Shown here: positions 9,457 to 17,513 of the stretch, in pieces | Layout: each line of letters starts with the position of its first letter | Position numbering within the stretch: the first letter of the stretch is position 1 | Origin: an uncultured Methanosarcinales archaeon | Lineage (GTDB): Archaea; Nanobdellota; Nanobdellia; Woesearchaeales; DATDXC01 | Length of the DNA: 58,135 nucleotides | Assembly (NCBI GenBank): GCA_964510025.1 | Contig: CAZDZV010000010.1 | Span: 1-58,135, forward strand | Reading direction: 5' to 3' | Position numbers and translations under genes: made by a program | The notes under the pieces: model-generated | Told to the model about the DNA's origin: nothing | Seen by the model: the letters and a program-made list of their open reading frames with translations, nothing else | Database searches by the model: none

Positions 9457-10713
9457 TTATGTATCTTTTTGTCTGGCTTCCGAGGCTAATTGCGTAAGAT
9501 GCTGCAGAGTCCGGTGGGATGTCTCCACCACATCATAGGTTATTGAGCCTAGGCTAATAGATGTCCCGTTTGTCTGTATTATCAGCTTGAAGACACTCTG
9601 GTTTATCTCAATATTGCATGTCTCTGCACATTCATCCTCAAATACGCTTTCCTCTGTGTAGAAAACAGCGCCAAGCTGCCTGATATCTGAGTACCTAATG
9701 TCTGCATAGGGATCATCTAAATCAAGGCTGTAGTCTGCATAGATAAGCTGGGCTGTAATATTGTTATCATAAGATGCGCCATAGGAGCCGTAGTTTAGAT
9801 AGAAGCTGTCATCCCAGCTATCCTGCTCCGGTACTAGGTTTAAGATAGAGCAGCAGTCTTGACTGCCGTAACATAGCGCAGTTGTACCAGATGATGATTC
9901 TACCTGCCAGCTTGTGCACAGGAAGCTGGAATTAAGATTTATTGGTGAATGTTCGACCGTAAAGTCCACTATCTCGTCCAAGGCAGCGATTCCATCATCA
10001 TCTTCATCATAGCTTGTTCCAGACGCATAGTCTAGTGCTATGTCCAATGTGGAATTTTCATATGGTATCTCTGCAGGTCCTGAAGGTTCAGCTGGCACAG
10101 AGCCATAGTCTAAGCTGGAAGAGTCCAGGACCAGAAGATTCTCTGGATCCTGCTCCAGATAAATCTTGACAGGCCCCTGCTCTACAGCGCCGCTAAGCTG
10201 TATAGACAGTATCTTGCCTGGATTCTGGACAATCCACATGTATTCTGTGCTTTCATTTCTGACTATGTTAAGGGTATCGGTGTATGTCGCCTCCCTTGTT
10301 AGTGTTACATAACCCACTATTGCAGGTCGTAGCAAGAATGTGCTGAACAAGACCAGCACAAGCAATGTAAAGACAACAGCTATAGGCTTTATCTTCCTAT
10401 TTTCCTGTATAAGAGAGTTCACAAGCGATCCATCATAGCCATATAATGACAGCGCTTTCTCTATCTGGCTGAGGGAATAGCCTTTAGCCAGATTTTCCTT
10501 TATGTAGTTCCTCAGGATACCTTTTGTGGCTGCAGAATCATCTGCTTTCCTGGACATATAAAGCTCATGCCATTCTTCTCTTGTCTTTCCCTGTATCTTT
10601 TCTGCCAGGGCTTTCTTCAGCTTAGCATCGTCGATATAACCATTCTTGTAAGAGTACATTAGCTGCCTTAGCTCATCCTGGCTTCTCTTTCCAAGCTTTG
10701 TTATCTTATCCAT
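9457..10713 (-). CDS. Membrane-anchored extracellular protein; probably the 5' fragment of the giant surface-protein gene
   Basis: Cytoplasmic N-terminus with LRNYIKENLAKGYSLSQIEKAL..YG, TM followed by RPAIVG, then an acidic Cys-containing ectodomain. The last ~20 aa overlap the open frame of the next ORF. Confidence 0.75.
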   Translation of the reverse strand: MDKITKLGKRSQDELRQLMYSYKNGYIDDAKLKKALAEKIQGKTREEWHELYMSRKADDSAATKGILRNYIKENLAKGYSLSQIEKALSLYGYDGSLVNSLIQENRKIKPIAVVFTLLVLVLFSTFLLRPAIVGYVTLTREATYTDTLNIVRNESTEYMWIVQNPGKILSIQLSGAVEQGPVKIYLEQDPENLLVLDSSSLDYGSVPAEPSGPAEIPYENSTLDIALDYASGTSYDEDDDGIAALDEIVDFTVEHSPINLNSSFLCTSWQVESSSGTTALCYGSQDCCSILNLVPEQDSWDDSFYLNYGSYGASYDNNITAQLIYADYSLDLDDPYADIRYSDIRQLGAVFYTEESVFEDECAETCNIEINQSVFKLIIQTNGTSISLGSITYDVVETSHRTLQHLTQLASEARQKDT

Positions 10714-11227
10714 GCAGCTTTTTCCTCGCTCTGGCCATCACTGTCCATATTGTCTTGTTGTTGAGATTCAGCAGCTCCGCGATCCCGTTGTTGCTGAGAC
10801 CATATTCCTTCCTGAGATAGTAGCAGATGTTTTCAAGAACTGAAAGCCCCCTGTCTTTGATCACTTCCAAAGGTATCGAGTATTCGCTGTCCTGAGAAAG
10901 CTTCCCGCTGAATTTTCCGAGGGCTTTCTTGTATGTCGATGAAATTGTGTTCTGCTTACGGGCTGTGAGCAGAGATATCCTTTTGTTGGACAACCCCAGG
11001 TAATCGCGAAGATATAGGACAACAGCCTCAAAACAGCTTAGATATCTATTGAATATTGAAACAGGAATCTGGGGTTTCTGCTTTTTGATCGACCTCATGG
11101 CCTCAGGAATCGATAGGCCATACTTCTCCTGAAGGTACTTTTCCAAGGAGCCAATCTTCCTGATATCACTTTTAGACAGAGGATTAGAATAATCGCTATT
11201 GTGCTTCGCGTCAGCCCTGTTTTGCAT
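10706..11227 (-). CDS. Regulator with two tandem HTH (sigma70 region 4-like) repeats
   Basis: Internal duplication: IPVSIFNRYLSCFEAVVLYLRDYLGLSNKRISLLTARKQNTISSTYKKA versus IPLEVIKDRGLSVLENICYYLRKEYGLSNNGIAELLNLNNKTIWTVMARA. Confidence 0.75.
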   Translation of the reverse strand: MQNRADAKHNSDYSNPLSKSDIRKIGSLEKYLQEKYGLSIPEAMRSIKKQKPQIPVSIFNRYLSCFEAVVLYLRDYLGLSNKRISLLTARKQNTISSTYKKALGKFSGKLSQDSEYSIPLEVIKDRGLSVLENICYYLRKEYGLSNNGIAELLNLNNKTIWTVMARARKKLHG

Positions 11228-11230
11228 TAT

Positions 11231-11335
11231 TCTATTATGTAAGAAATGTTTATCTATATAAACTTTCTTATTTTCTATTATGTAAGAAAAGATATATTAA
11301 TTATTCTATTATGTAATATATTTATCTATTATGTA
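11231..11335. promoter_or_regulatory. Four exact direct repeats of TCTATTATGTA in a divergent promoter
   Basis: Copies start at 11231, 11274, 11305 and 11325. The first two extend to TTCTATTATGTAAGAAA and flank the TATA box at 11255-11262 (- strand). Confidence 0.7.
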
Positions 11336-11396
11336 CGAATAGTAAGATAACCGGAAAAACACAAGATTATTATATTACCTAAGGTAATGTAAAAAT

Positions 11397-11819
11397 ATGG
11401 CAGGGCCTGTTATCACAATCGGAAAGCCTTCGCAGCAAGGCCTGTTCAAGCATGAGAAAAACAGCAGCAATGACTATTCGAACGATATAAACAGCCTGTC
11501 AAGAAGGATCAGAATTCTGGAAGAAAGGAACAGCAACACGCAGAACAGGCTTGGAATCCTGGAGCAGAACATGCTTAGCAGACATAAGCAGCTAAACACG
11601 GAGATAAAGACTATATTGTCTGAGATGAATGAGCTGAAGAAGGATATTAGCGAGATAAAAGACAGGATGCTTACCCTTATCAAGGAGCTGCAGATGTCTG
11701 CAAAAAAAGAAGAGCTAAACATACTCAAGAAATACATAGAGCTTTGGGAGCCTATCAAGTTTGTGACACATAATGAAATCAGGGAAGTTATCGAAGAAAA
11801 CCTAAAAAAAAATAAATAG
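11397..11819 (+). CDS. Conserved hypothetical coiled-coil protein
   Basis: Heptad-rich 140 aa protein with a KYIELWEPIKFVT motif near the C-terminus. Confidence 0.75.
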   Translation: MAGPVITIGKPSQQGLFKHEKNSSNDYSNDINSLSRRIRILEERNSNTQNRLGILEQNMLSRHKQLNTEIKTILSEMNELKKDISEIKDRMLTLIKELQMSAKKEELNILKKYIELWEPIKFVTHNEIREVIEENLKKNK

Positions 11820-11859
11820 AAAAGTTTATATACATTATTAGGCAGATTTTAAGGCAAAG

Positions 11860-12348
11860 ATGGCGTTATTCGGAAAAAAAGAGGAACAGTACAACCAGGT
11901 TCCACCGCAGACAGGCGGCATGCCCCAGTACCAGCAGCAGCCTATGGACATGCAGAACCAGGGCTATTCAAGCCAGCAGATATATAGCCAGCAGGACCAG
12001 CAGGAACCTCTGGATGAACAGAGGATAGAAGAGATAACAGAAGCAATCATAGATGAGAAATGGAACGAGTTCTTGAAGGACATAAACAAGATGATAGAGT
12101 GGAAAGAGAGAACAGAGTCCAGGCTTGTCAGGATAGAGCAGGACATAAAAAACCTCAAGGGATCTTTTGAAGCGCTTCATAAAGGCGTTCTTGGAAAAAT
12201 ATCCGAATATGACCAGAATCTTGTTGAAGTGGGAACGGAGATAAAAGCCATGGAAAAAGTGTTCCAGAAGATACTTCCGACCTTCACTGAAAACGTCAAC
12301 AAGCTTTCCAGGCTGACAGATAATATTTCTCCCAAGAAAAAGAAATAG
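11860..12348 (+). CDS. Conserved hypothetical coiled-coil protein with Q/P-rich N-terminus
   Basis: IEEITEAIIDEKW motif followed by a coiled coil. Has its own TATA box (TTTATATA near 11825). Confidence 0.8.
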   Translation: MALFGKKEEQYNQVPPQTGGMPQYQQQPMDMQNQGYSSQQIYSQQDQQEPLDEQRIEEITEAIIDEKWNEFLKDINKMIEWKERTESRLVRIEQDIKNLKGSFEALHKGVLGKISEYDQNLVEVGTEIKAMEKVFQKILPTFTENVNKLSRLTDNISPKKKK

Positions 12349-12349
12349 G

Positions 12350-12859
12350 CTATTGTTTTGCAGCTAATAATCCTACTGTAAATACTGCTACCAGAAGTAT
12401 AAATATGGCCCCCAGCATATTTGGGTGAAAAATAACAGATGAGCTCTTGGAATAGTCTCTTGTAGTGTCGTTGTCTCCAGGCAGGGTGATCTCGTCCCTG
12501 ATGTATTGGAGCGCCCCAACAACAACAATCAGAAGGACTACAACGCCTACAACAGCTTTCGTAGGTCCGCTGATAATCTCTGTCCCTGTGCCCATTGTCT
12601 TGGCAGACATATTGATAAAAACTATGAATATCAGGATAACCGCAAACCAGGGAGCTATATACTGGATCACTCCTGTTGCGATAGGGGAAAAAAGCACAAA
12701 AAGTCCTATTATAAGGCCTATGATGACATTAACAGCCTGTTGATTCTCACCTAAGACCTTTGTATACTGCAGCAGAGCATAGACTGCCAGCCATACAAAA
12801 AGAAAGACAAAAAAAGAGGAAAAATGCTCTAATCCACTTATATCCAAAAATGTCGCCAT
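12350..12859 (-). CDS. Multi-pass membrane protein (paralog 3 of a tandem trio)
   Basis: About 5 TM segments; FVFLFVWLAVYALLQYTKVLG...N motif shared with its neighbours. Confidence 0.8.
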   Translation of the reverse strand: MATFLDISGLEHFSSFFVFLFVWLAVYALLQYTKVLGENQQAVNVIIGLIIGLFVLFSPIATGVIQYIAPWFAVILIFIVFINMSAKTMGTGTEIISGPTKAVVGVVVLLIVVVGALQYIRDEITLPGDNDTTRDYSKSSSVIFHPNMLGAIFILLVAVFTVGLLAAKQ

Positions 12860-12861
12860 TT

Positions 12862-13458
12862 TCAGTTCTTCTTGCCGCCGAAAAGCTTGCCGAAATCTAT
12901 GCCGAACCTGCTTAAGGTGGCCATATCCTCTTTTGTGTCAGAGGATACTACAAAGGATATTATGATGCCAAATATAAGAAGCATCACTATAATCGCTATG
13001 GCGTCAGAACCGAAAAAAGACTCAAACCAGCCGTAGCCTCCCCACCATCCTGCTGCGCCTCCGAAGATAAACACGATAACTACGATAGAAAATACTGCCA
13101 CCCAGGTTGGAGCTGCCATGCCGAAAAGGTTTGCCTCTCCGCCAAATATGCCTATCAGTATCAGCAGCATCACAACTGCAATCACAACTATAGAGACGCT
13201 TGGCAGAGCTGCATTAAGCACCTCAACCACGTCATAGCCTGCCGGGTACATGCCGGTTGCATGCGGTATGACAACAAGAAGACCGATAACAAGCCCAACT
13301 ATCACGTTGATATTCTTCCTATCCCCAAATATCTTTGTTTTCTGGAGGATGGCAAACATGACTGCAAAGATAAGCAGAAAAGGCAGCAGTATGTCCGTAA
13401 ATCCCCAAGCATCCAATGCCTCTAAAAAACCTTCAAGTTTATATGCGTTTGAAACCAT
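12862..13458 (-). CDS. Multi-pass membrane protein (paralog 2)
   Basis: LLPFLLIFAVMFAILQKTKIFG..KNIN motif; about 5 TM segments. Confidence 0.82.
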   Translation of the reverse strand: MVSNAYKLEGFLEALDAWGFTDILLPFLLIFAVMFAILQKTKIFGDRKNINVIVGLVIGLLVVIPHATGMYPAGYDVVEVLNAALPSVSIVVIAVVMLLILIGIFGGEANLFGMAAPTWVAVFSIVVIVFIFGGAAGWWGGYGWFESFFGSDAIAIIVMLLIFGIIISFVVSSDTKEDMATLSRFGIDFGKLFGGKKN

Positions 13459-13468
13459 TCTTTACACC

Positions 13469-14035
13469 TCAGCTATTTTTTTCGGATGTTGATTTTTTGG
13501 TTGTTGGCTCTCTCAATGCGTACATCATGAACAAGATTACTATTATGATAAGGACTATGGAACCTACTGCATCGCTGCCTGAGCCTCCTGCAGTTAGAAA
13601 ATCCCACATCTCATCCAGCCAGCCGACTGCATTGAGGAATATAAGCACTATTCCAATAAACATGATTATCATAAAGAATATCTGCCAGCCTCTTTCGTGA
13701 AGCCAGAACCCTTCCTTGTCTTCCTTGAAGAATGAGCCTGCCAGCAGCAAGAAAAGCACAGATGCCATAAGCAAGATAACGGTCTGGCTTGACACAACGG
13801 TTATTATGTCCACAAGCTCAGCTGATGCGATCACAAAGAAAGCTATGACAAATGAAGCCATCGCATTCAGGTTCTTTCTTGGATAGGACTCTCCATCTAT
13901 GGTCTCACTACCCAATATTTTTGTCTTTTCAAATATTGCAAAAAGTATAGTGAAAACAAGCAGAAATGGAAGCACAACGTCATATAGCCCTATCTCTTCA
14001 AAAAAGACTATTACGTTCCGGAACGCGGATGCCAT
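13469..14035 (-). CDS. Multi-pass membrane protein (paralog 1)
   Basis: VLPFLLVFTILFAIFEKTKILG...KNLN motif; about 5 TM segments. Confidence 0.82.
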   Translation of the reverse strand: MASAFRNVIVFFEEIGLYDVVLPFLLVFTILFAIFEKTKILGSETIDGESYPRKNLNAMASFVIAFFVIASAELVDIITVVSSQTVILLMASVLFLLLAGSFFKEDKEGFWLHERGWQIFFMIIMFIGIVLIFLNAVGWLDEMWDFLTAGGSGSDAVGSIVLIIIVILFMMYALREPTTKKSTSEKNS

Positions 14036-14098
14036 ATAGTCTAATCCTGGGATTATTTATATATAAAGGTTTCGTTTTAAAATAGAAGACCAGAAATT

Positions 14099-14800
14099 CT
14101 AATTTTTGTTTATCTCATCGAAGAGCTGCCTTAAAACATCTTCCTGCCAGCCTGCCCTTGCAAGCGTCTGCCAGATCTGATCCTGGGTATAGCCTTTTCT
14201 AAGGTTGGAGATGATATAATCCTTTATCTGCGAAGATCCTGCAGCTTTCTGCTTTTTTCCCGGTCTGGCAAGCAGAGCAAAAGCTCCACCTGCAAGGAGG
14301 ATTCCTGCAGTGACAGACAAGACAAGCATCCCAGAGCCAGCTAAAGGTGAAAAAAGATTCTTATTTTCAGGGTAATAATGCACCAGCAGGTCATCAGCAT
14401 TTTGCTGATAATCCTTTATAATGCCTACTGCCTTTTCCAGGTTCTTTGTATTGGAAGCAGCTATGATAAGATTCTTGTTATTTGTTGCAATGAGCATAGG
14501 GCCTACTTCCTTATTACCAATATTCTCTGCTATCTTTGTATTCTTATCAGAGACGCCCATTATGACCAAATGGTTATTGTGAGTAATCCTGTTGTCGAAG
14601 TTGCTTTTTGAAAGGCCCAGAAACTCCATTAATGAGTCTGCCTGCTGAAGGGCCTGCGAATCTATGCTTTTTGATATGACAAATGTATACAGTTTAGGAT
14701 TTGCCCTTATCTCATTTACCAGATCATAGACGGTCATCTGGCTTGAGACAATTATTGGCATAACCAAGAGTATTGCCATATATAGGAAAATCTTGTTCAT
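14099..14800 (-). CDS. Exported S-layer-like domain protein with TM anchor and cytoplasmic 'YI..L..GY...GW' domain
   Basis: Signal peptide MNKIFLYMAILLVMPIIVSS. NHLVIMG...N and NLIIAA segments resemble the archaeal S-layer C-terminal domain. TM, then IKDYIISNLRKGYTQDQIWQTLARAGW. Confidence 0.65.
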   Translation of the reverse strand: MNKIFLYMAILLVMPIIVSSQMTVYDLVNEIRANPKLYTFVISKSIDSQALQQADSLMEFLGLSKSNFDNRITHNNHLVIMGVSDKNTKIAENIGNKEVGPMLIATNNKNLIIAASNTKNLEKAVGIIKDYQQNADDLLVHYYPENKNLFSPLAGSGMLVLSVTAGILLAGGAFALLARPGKKQKAAGSSQIKDYIISNLRKGYTQDQIWQTLARAGWQEDVLRQLFDEINKN

Positions 14801-14889
14801 AGGGGCATTTATATCAATGCTATTATAAATAGTTTTTGGATTAAAACTGAAGATTTAAATAATAGTAAACTATTCTCTTATAAGAGAGA

Positions 14890-15199
14890 TTAAAGATGTA
14901 AATTAACCTTTAAATGGGTTGATTTACGCTAAAAAAAGCCCGTCACGAGAGTACTCAATTGAGCTTACGCTAAATGCAAGCTATGAGCTTGGGAGTTAGT
15001 GTTGCGGGCTACAATCATATTTAAAGGTTTTACAAGTCAAGAAAAGGATAAATAGGACAAATTTACTATTATAACGCTCAATTCAGCATTTTTATCTTAT
15101 ATTAAGGAAGAATAGAGCTTTTTAACTTTGTTCTATTTGTCATTTTACAGAAAAGTACGCCCAGATTTATCAGTACTAATTCTGTAAAGGAGGAAAAAA
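14890..15199 (+). ncRNA. Candidate structured RNA or long 5' leader of dnaG
   Basis: Four stem-loops at 14898-14927, 14937-15010, 15109-15134 and 15144-15188; the first three contain G-U pairs that work only on the + strand. TATA TTTAAATA near 14854. No ORF. Confidence 0.45.
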
Positions 15200-16420
15200 A
15201 TGGGAAAGATAAGCCCTGTAAGTTCAAAATATATAGTCCATTCATCTATAGAGATAGAGGGTGTTGTAGACAGGCCTGATGTCATCGGAGCGATATTCGG
15301 CCAGACAGAAGGTTTGCTGGGAAGTGACTTAGAACTGAGAGAACTACAAAGAAGCGGAAGGATAGGAAGGATTGAAGTAAATGTAGATACAAGAGGCGGG
15401 AAAACAAACGGGTCAATAGTGATTCCATCAAGCCTGGATAAGGCTGAGACAGCTATCGTAGCTGCTGCCTTAGAGGTTATACAAAGGATAGGTCCGTGCA
15501 ATGCCAAAATAAAGACACATAATATAGAAGATGTCAGGGTATCCAAAAGGAACTTTGTCATCGAAAGAGCAAAAGAACTGCTTAAGAATCTTATGGAAAA
15601 GGTCTTGCCTGATTCTCAGGAACTATCAGATGAGGTCGCATACTCTGTAAGAGTTATGGAGATACAGGAATACGGCAAGGAACGGCTTCCTGCCGGGCCA
15701 TCGATAGACGATTCAGATGAGATCGTTGTTGTAGAAGGCAGGGCAGATGTGCTTAATCTGCTGAAGCACGGCATAAAAAACTCGATCGCGATAAACGGAA
15801 CAAGCGTCCCTGAGACAATTGTGCAGCTAGGCAAAAAGAAGGTGATAACTGTTTTTGTTGACGGAGACAGGGGCGGGAAGCTTATAATCAAAGAGCTCCT
15901 GAATGTTGCAGAAATAGACTTTGTCTGTATGGCCCCTGACGGCAAAGAGGTAGAAGAGATAACAAAAAAAGAGATACATAAAGCTCTAAGAGGCAGGATC
16001 TCTGCGGAACAGGCCAAACTCGAGCTTGGAAAAGAGCTTGAAAGGCTCAATGGAAACAGACAAAAACAAAGATATGACTCAAGGCAGACAAAACAGCCCC
16101 CTAAATTTGTCAAGAAGAAGACGCTATCAGATGATGAGAAAAACAAGTTCAAAAGCATACTGGAAAGCCTAATAGGCACCAGAGGAGCACATGTTTTGGA
16201 CAGCAAGCTGAATATCCTTGGGAAGGTACCTATCAGTGAGCTCCAGACCACTATAAAGAGCCTAAGCTCAGGGATTTATGCTATTGTGTTTGACGGCATA
16301 ATAGACAAGGACCTTGTTAAGCGGGCAGAGATTTCCAATGTGAAATATCTCGTCGGTATGGACAGCAAGATCAAGCCTGGCGAAGCGAAGCTAGAGATAA
16401 TAACTGTCAACGATCTTTAA
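15200..16420 (+). CDS. dnaG: Archaeal DnaG-like protein (TOPRIM domain)
   Basis: GVVDRPDVIGAIFGQTEGLLG..LELRELQRSGRIGRI N-terminus; TOPRIM motifs VVEGRADV and DGDRGG; SD AGGAGG. Confidence 0.95.
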   Translation: MGKISPVSSKYIVHSSIEIEGVVDRPDVIGAIFGQTEGLLGSDLELRELQRSGRIGRIEVNVDTRGGKTNGSIVIPSSLDKAETAIVAAALEVIQRIGPCNAKIKTHNIEDVRVSKRNFVIERAKELLKNLMEKVLPDSQELSDEVAYSVRVMEIQEYGKERLPAGPSIDDSDEIVVVEGRADVLNLLKHGIKNSIAINGTSVPETIVQLGKKKVITVFVDGDRGGKLIIKELLNVAEIDFVCMAPDGKEVEEITKKEIHKALRGRISAEQAKLELGKELERLNGNRQKQRYDSRQTKQPPKFVKKKTLSDDEKNKFKSILESLIGTRGAHVLDSKLNILGKVPISELQTTIKSLSSGIYAIVFDGIIDKDLVKRAEISNVKYLVGMDSKIKPGEAKLEIITVNDL

Positions 16421-17513
16421 TATCCTTGGACAAGGTCTGGCTGCACTCGGTGAGCTGGTTCAGCTCACAGAACTTCTCTTTTATCGACTCGGCAGACCTT
16501 ATCCCGCTGAACTTAAGCTTGTTATTCACAATGAAAGAAGGATAGGATGTTATGGCCAGTTCCTGCTTAAGCTGCCCTTTCTCAGATGGCGCTACGGTTA
16601 TAAGACCGTATTCAATGCTGTCCCCGAACAAACCAAGAAGCTCCTGCATGTTTGATTCGACCTTGTCAGTGTCCTCTGGAAGCGTATATATATGGATGGT
16701 ATTGACCAGCTCGTCCCTATTGATAAAATAGCCTGTGCCTAACAATGTAGGCATTACAACATATTTATCATCAGCCTGCCTAAGTGCTGTCTTAAAGTCA
16801 TCAAAACTTTCGGTCTGGTTAACCCTGCTGCCCAATATGTAAGCAGGCAGGACCTCGATGCCATAATCAGCAGCAAGCCTGCGGCCCTCTGCAGAGGAAT
16901 AGTCTATATTCTCAACATCCAATGACAAGAACAGCTGAGTAAGAACATTTATCATCCTCGATGAATCACAGCTCACACAGTCGTCTGTCTCTATCACTGT
17001 CAACTCAACCGTGGTTGGATCCTTAAACACGCAGATAGCATCTGCTGTCCCTGGATTCTGGCATGATCCTATCTTGCCTTGTCTCATGCAGTCCTGATCA
17101 GAAGAACATAATGGCTCCAGTACTGTTTCTTCCGGTGCATCTATTTCGCCAGGCCCTTCAGCCGGCGATCTTGTGAGAAAGAAAACAACCAACAGCAAAG
17201 CTGCGACAGCAACACCTATTATAATCCTTTTATCAACAGAAGGTTCTTCTTCAGGGGCTTCCTTCACCCATTCTTTCTCCGGAATCTTCTCTTCCTCAAG
17301 CGGTTTCACTTCTTCTGGCCCTTTTATTTCGATCTTCTGCTCTTCCGGGACTTCCTGGACTGTCTGCCCTGCCTGGGACTCTTCCAGATGACTTATCTTC
17401 TTTTCGACCCTTTCCTTGCCTTTCTCGTATTCCTCTCTGCTGATAACTCCTGCATCCAGACTCTCTTTCAGAAACCTAAGCTGTTTTTCCAGCTTTTCTT
17501 TTTCTTCACTCAT
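16407..17513 (-). CDS. Membrane protein: SHOCT-like N-terminus, TM, Cys-rich and thioredoxin-like ectodomain
   Basis: LRFLKESLDAGVISREEYEKGKERV, a TM, CSSDQDC...C...C, a CVSC motif, YGIEVLPAY and ITSYPSFIVN (thioredoxin-type cis-Pro loops). Confidence 0.65.
   Translation of the reverse strand: MSEEKEKLEKQLRFLKESLDAGVISREEYEKGKERVEKKISHLEESQAGQTVQEVPEEQKIEIKGPEEVKPLEEEKIPEKEWVKEAPEEEPSVDKRIIIGVAVAALLLVVFFLTRSPAEGPGEIDAPEETVLEPLCSSDQDCMRQGKIGSCQNPGTADAICVFKDPTTVELTVIETDDCVSCDSSRMINVLTQLFLSLDVENIDYSSAEGRRLAADYGIEVLPAYILGSRVNQTESFDDFKTALRQADDKYVVMPTLLGTGYFINRDELVNTIHIYTLPEDTDKVESNMQELLGLFGDSIEYGLITVAPSEKGQLKQELAITSYPSFIVNNKLKFSGIRSAESIKEKFCELNQLTECSQTLSKDIKDR

Noticed and set aside
11231..11335. 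Possible CRISPR array
   Set aside because: The repeats are only 11-17 bp with unequal short AT-rich spacers and no cas genes; better explained as operator sites.
14850..15199. tRNA, RNase P RNA or replication origin upstream of dnaG
   Set aside because: No cloverleaf or T-loop consensus, no RNase P P4 signature, and no ORB-like repeats or cdc6 recognised; kept only as an unassigned structured region.
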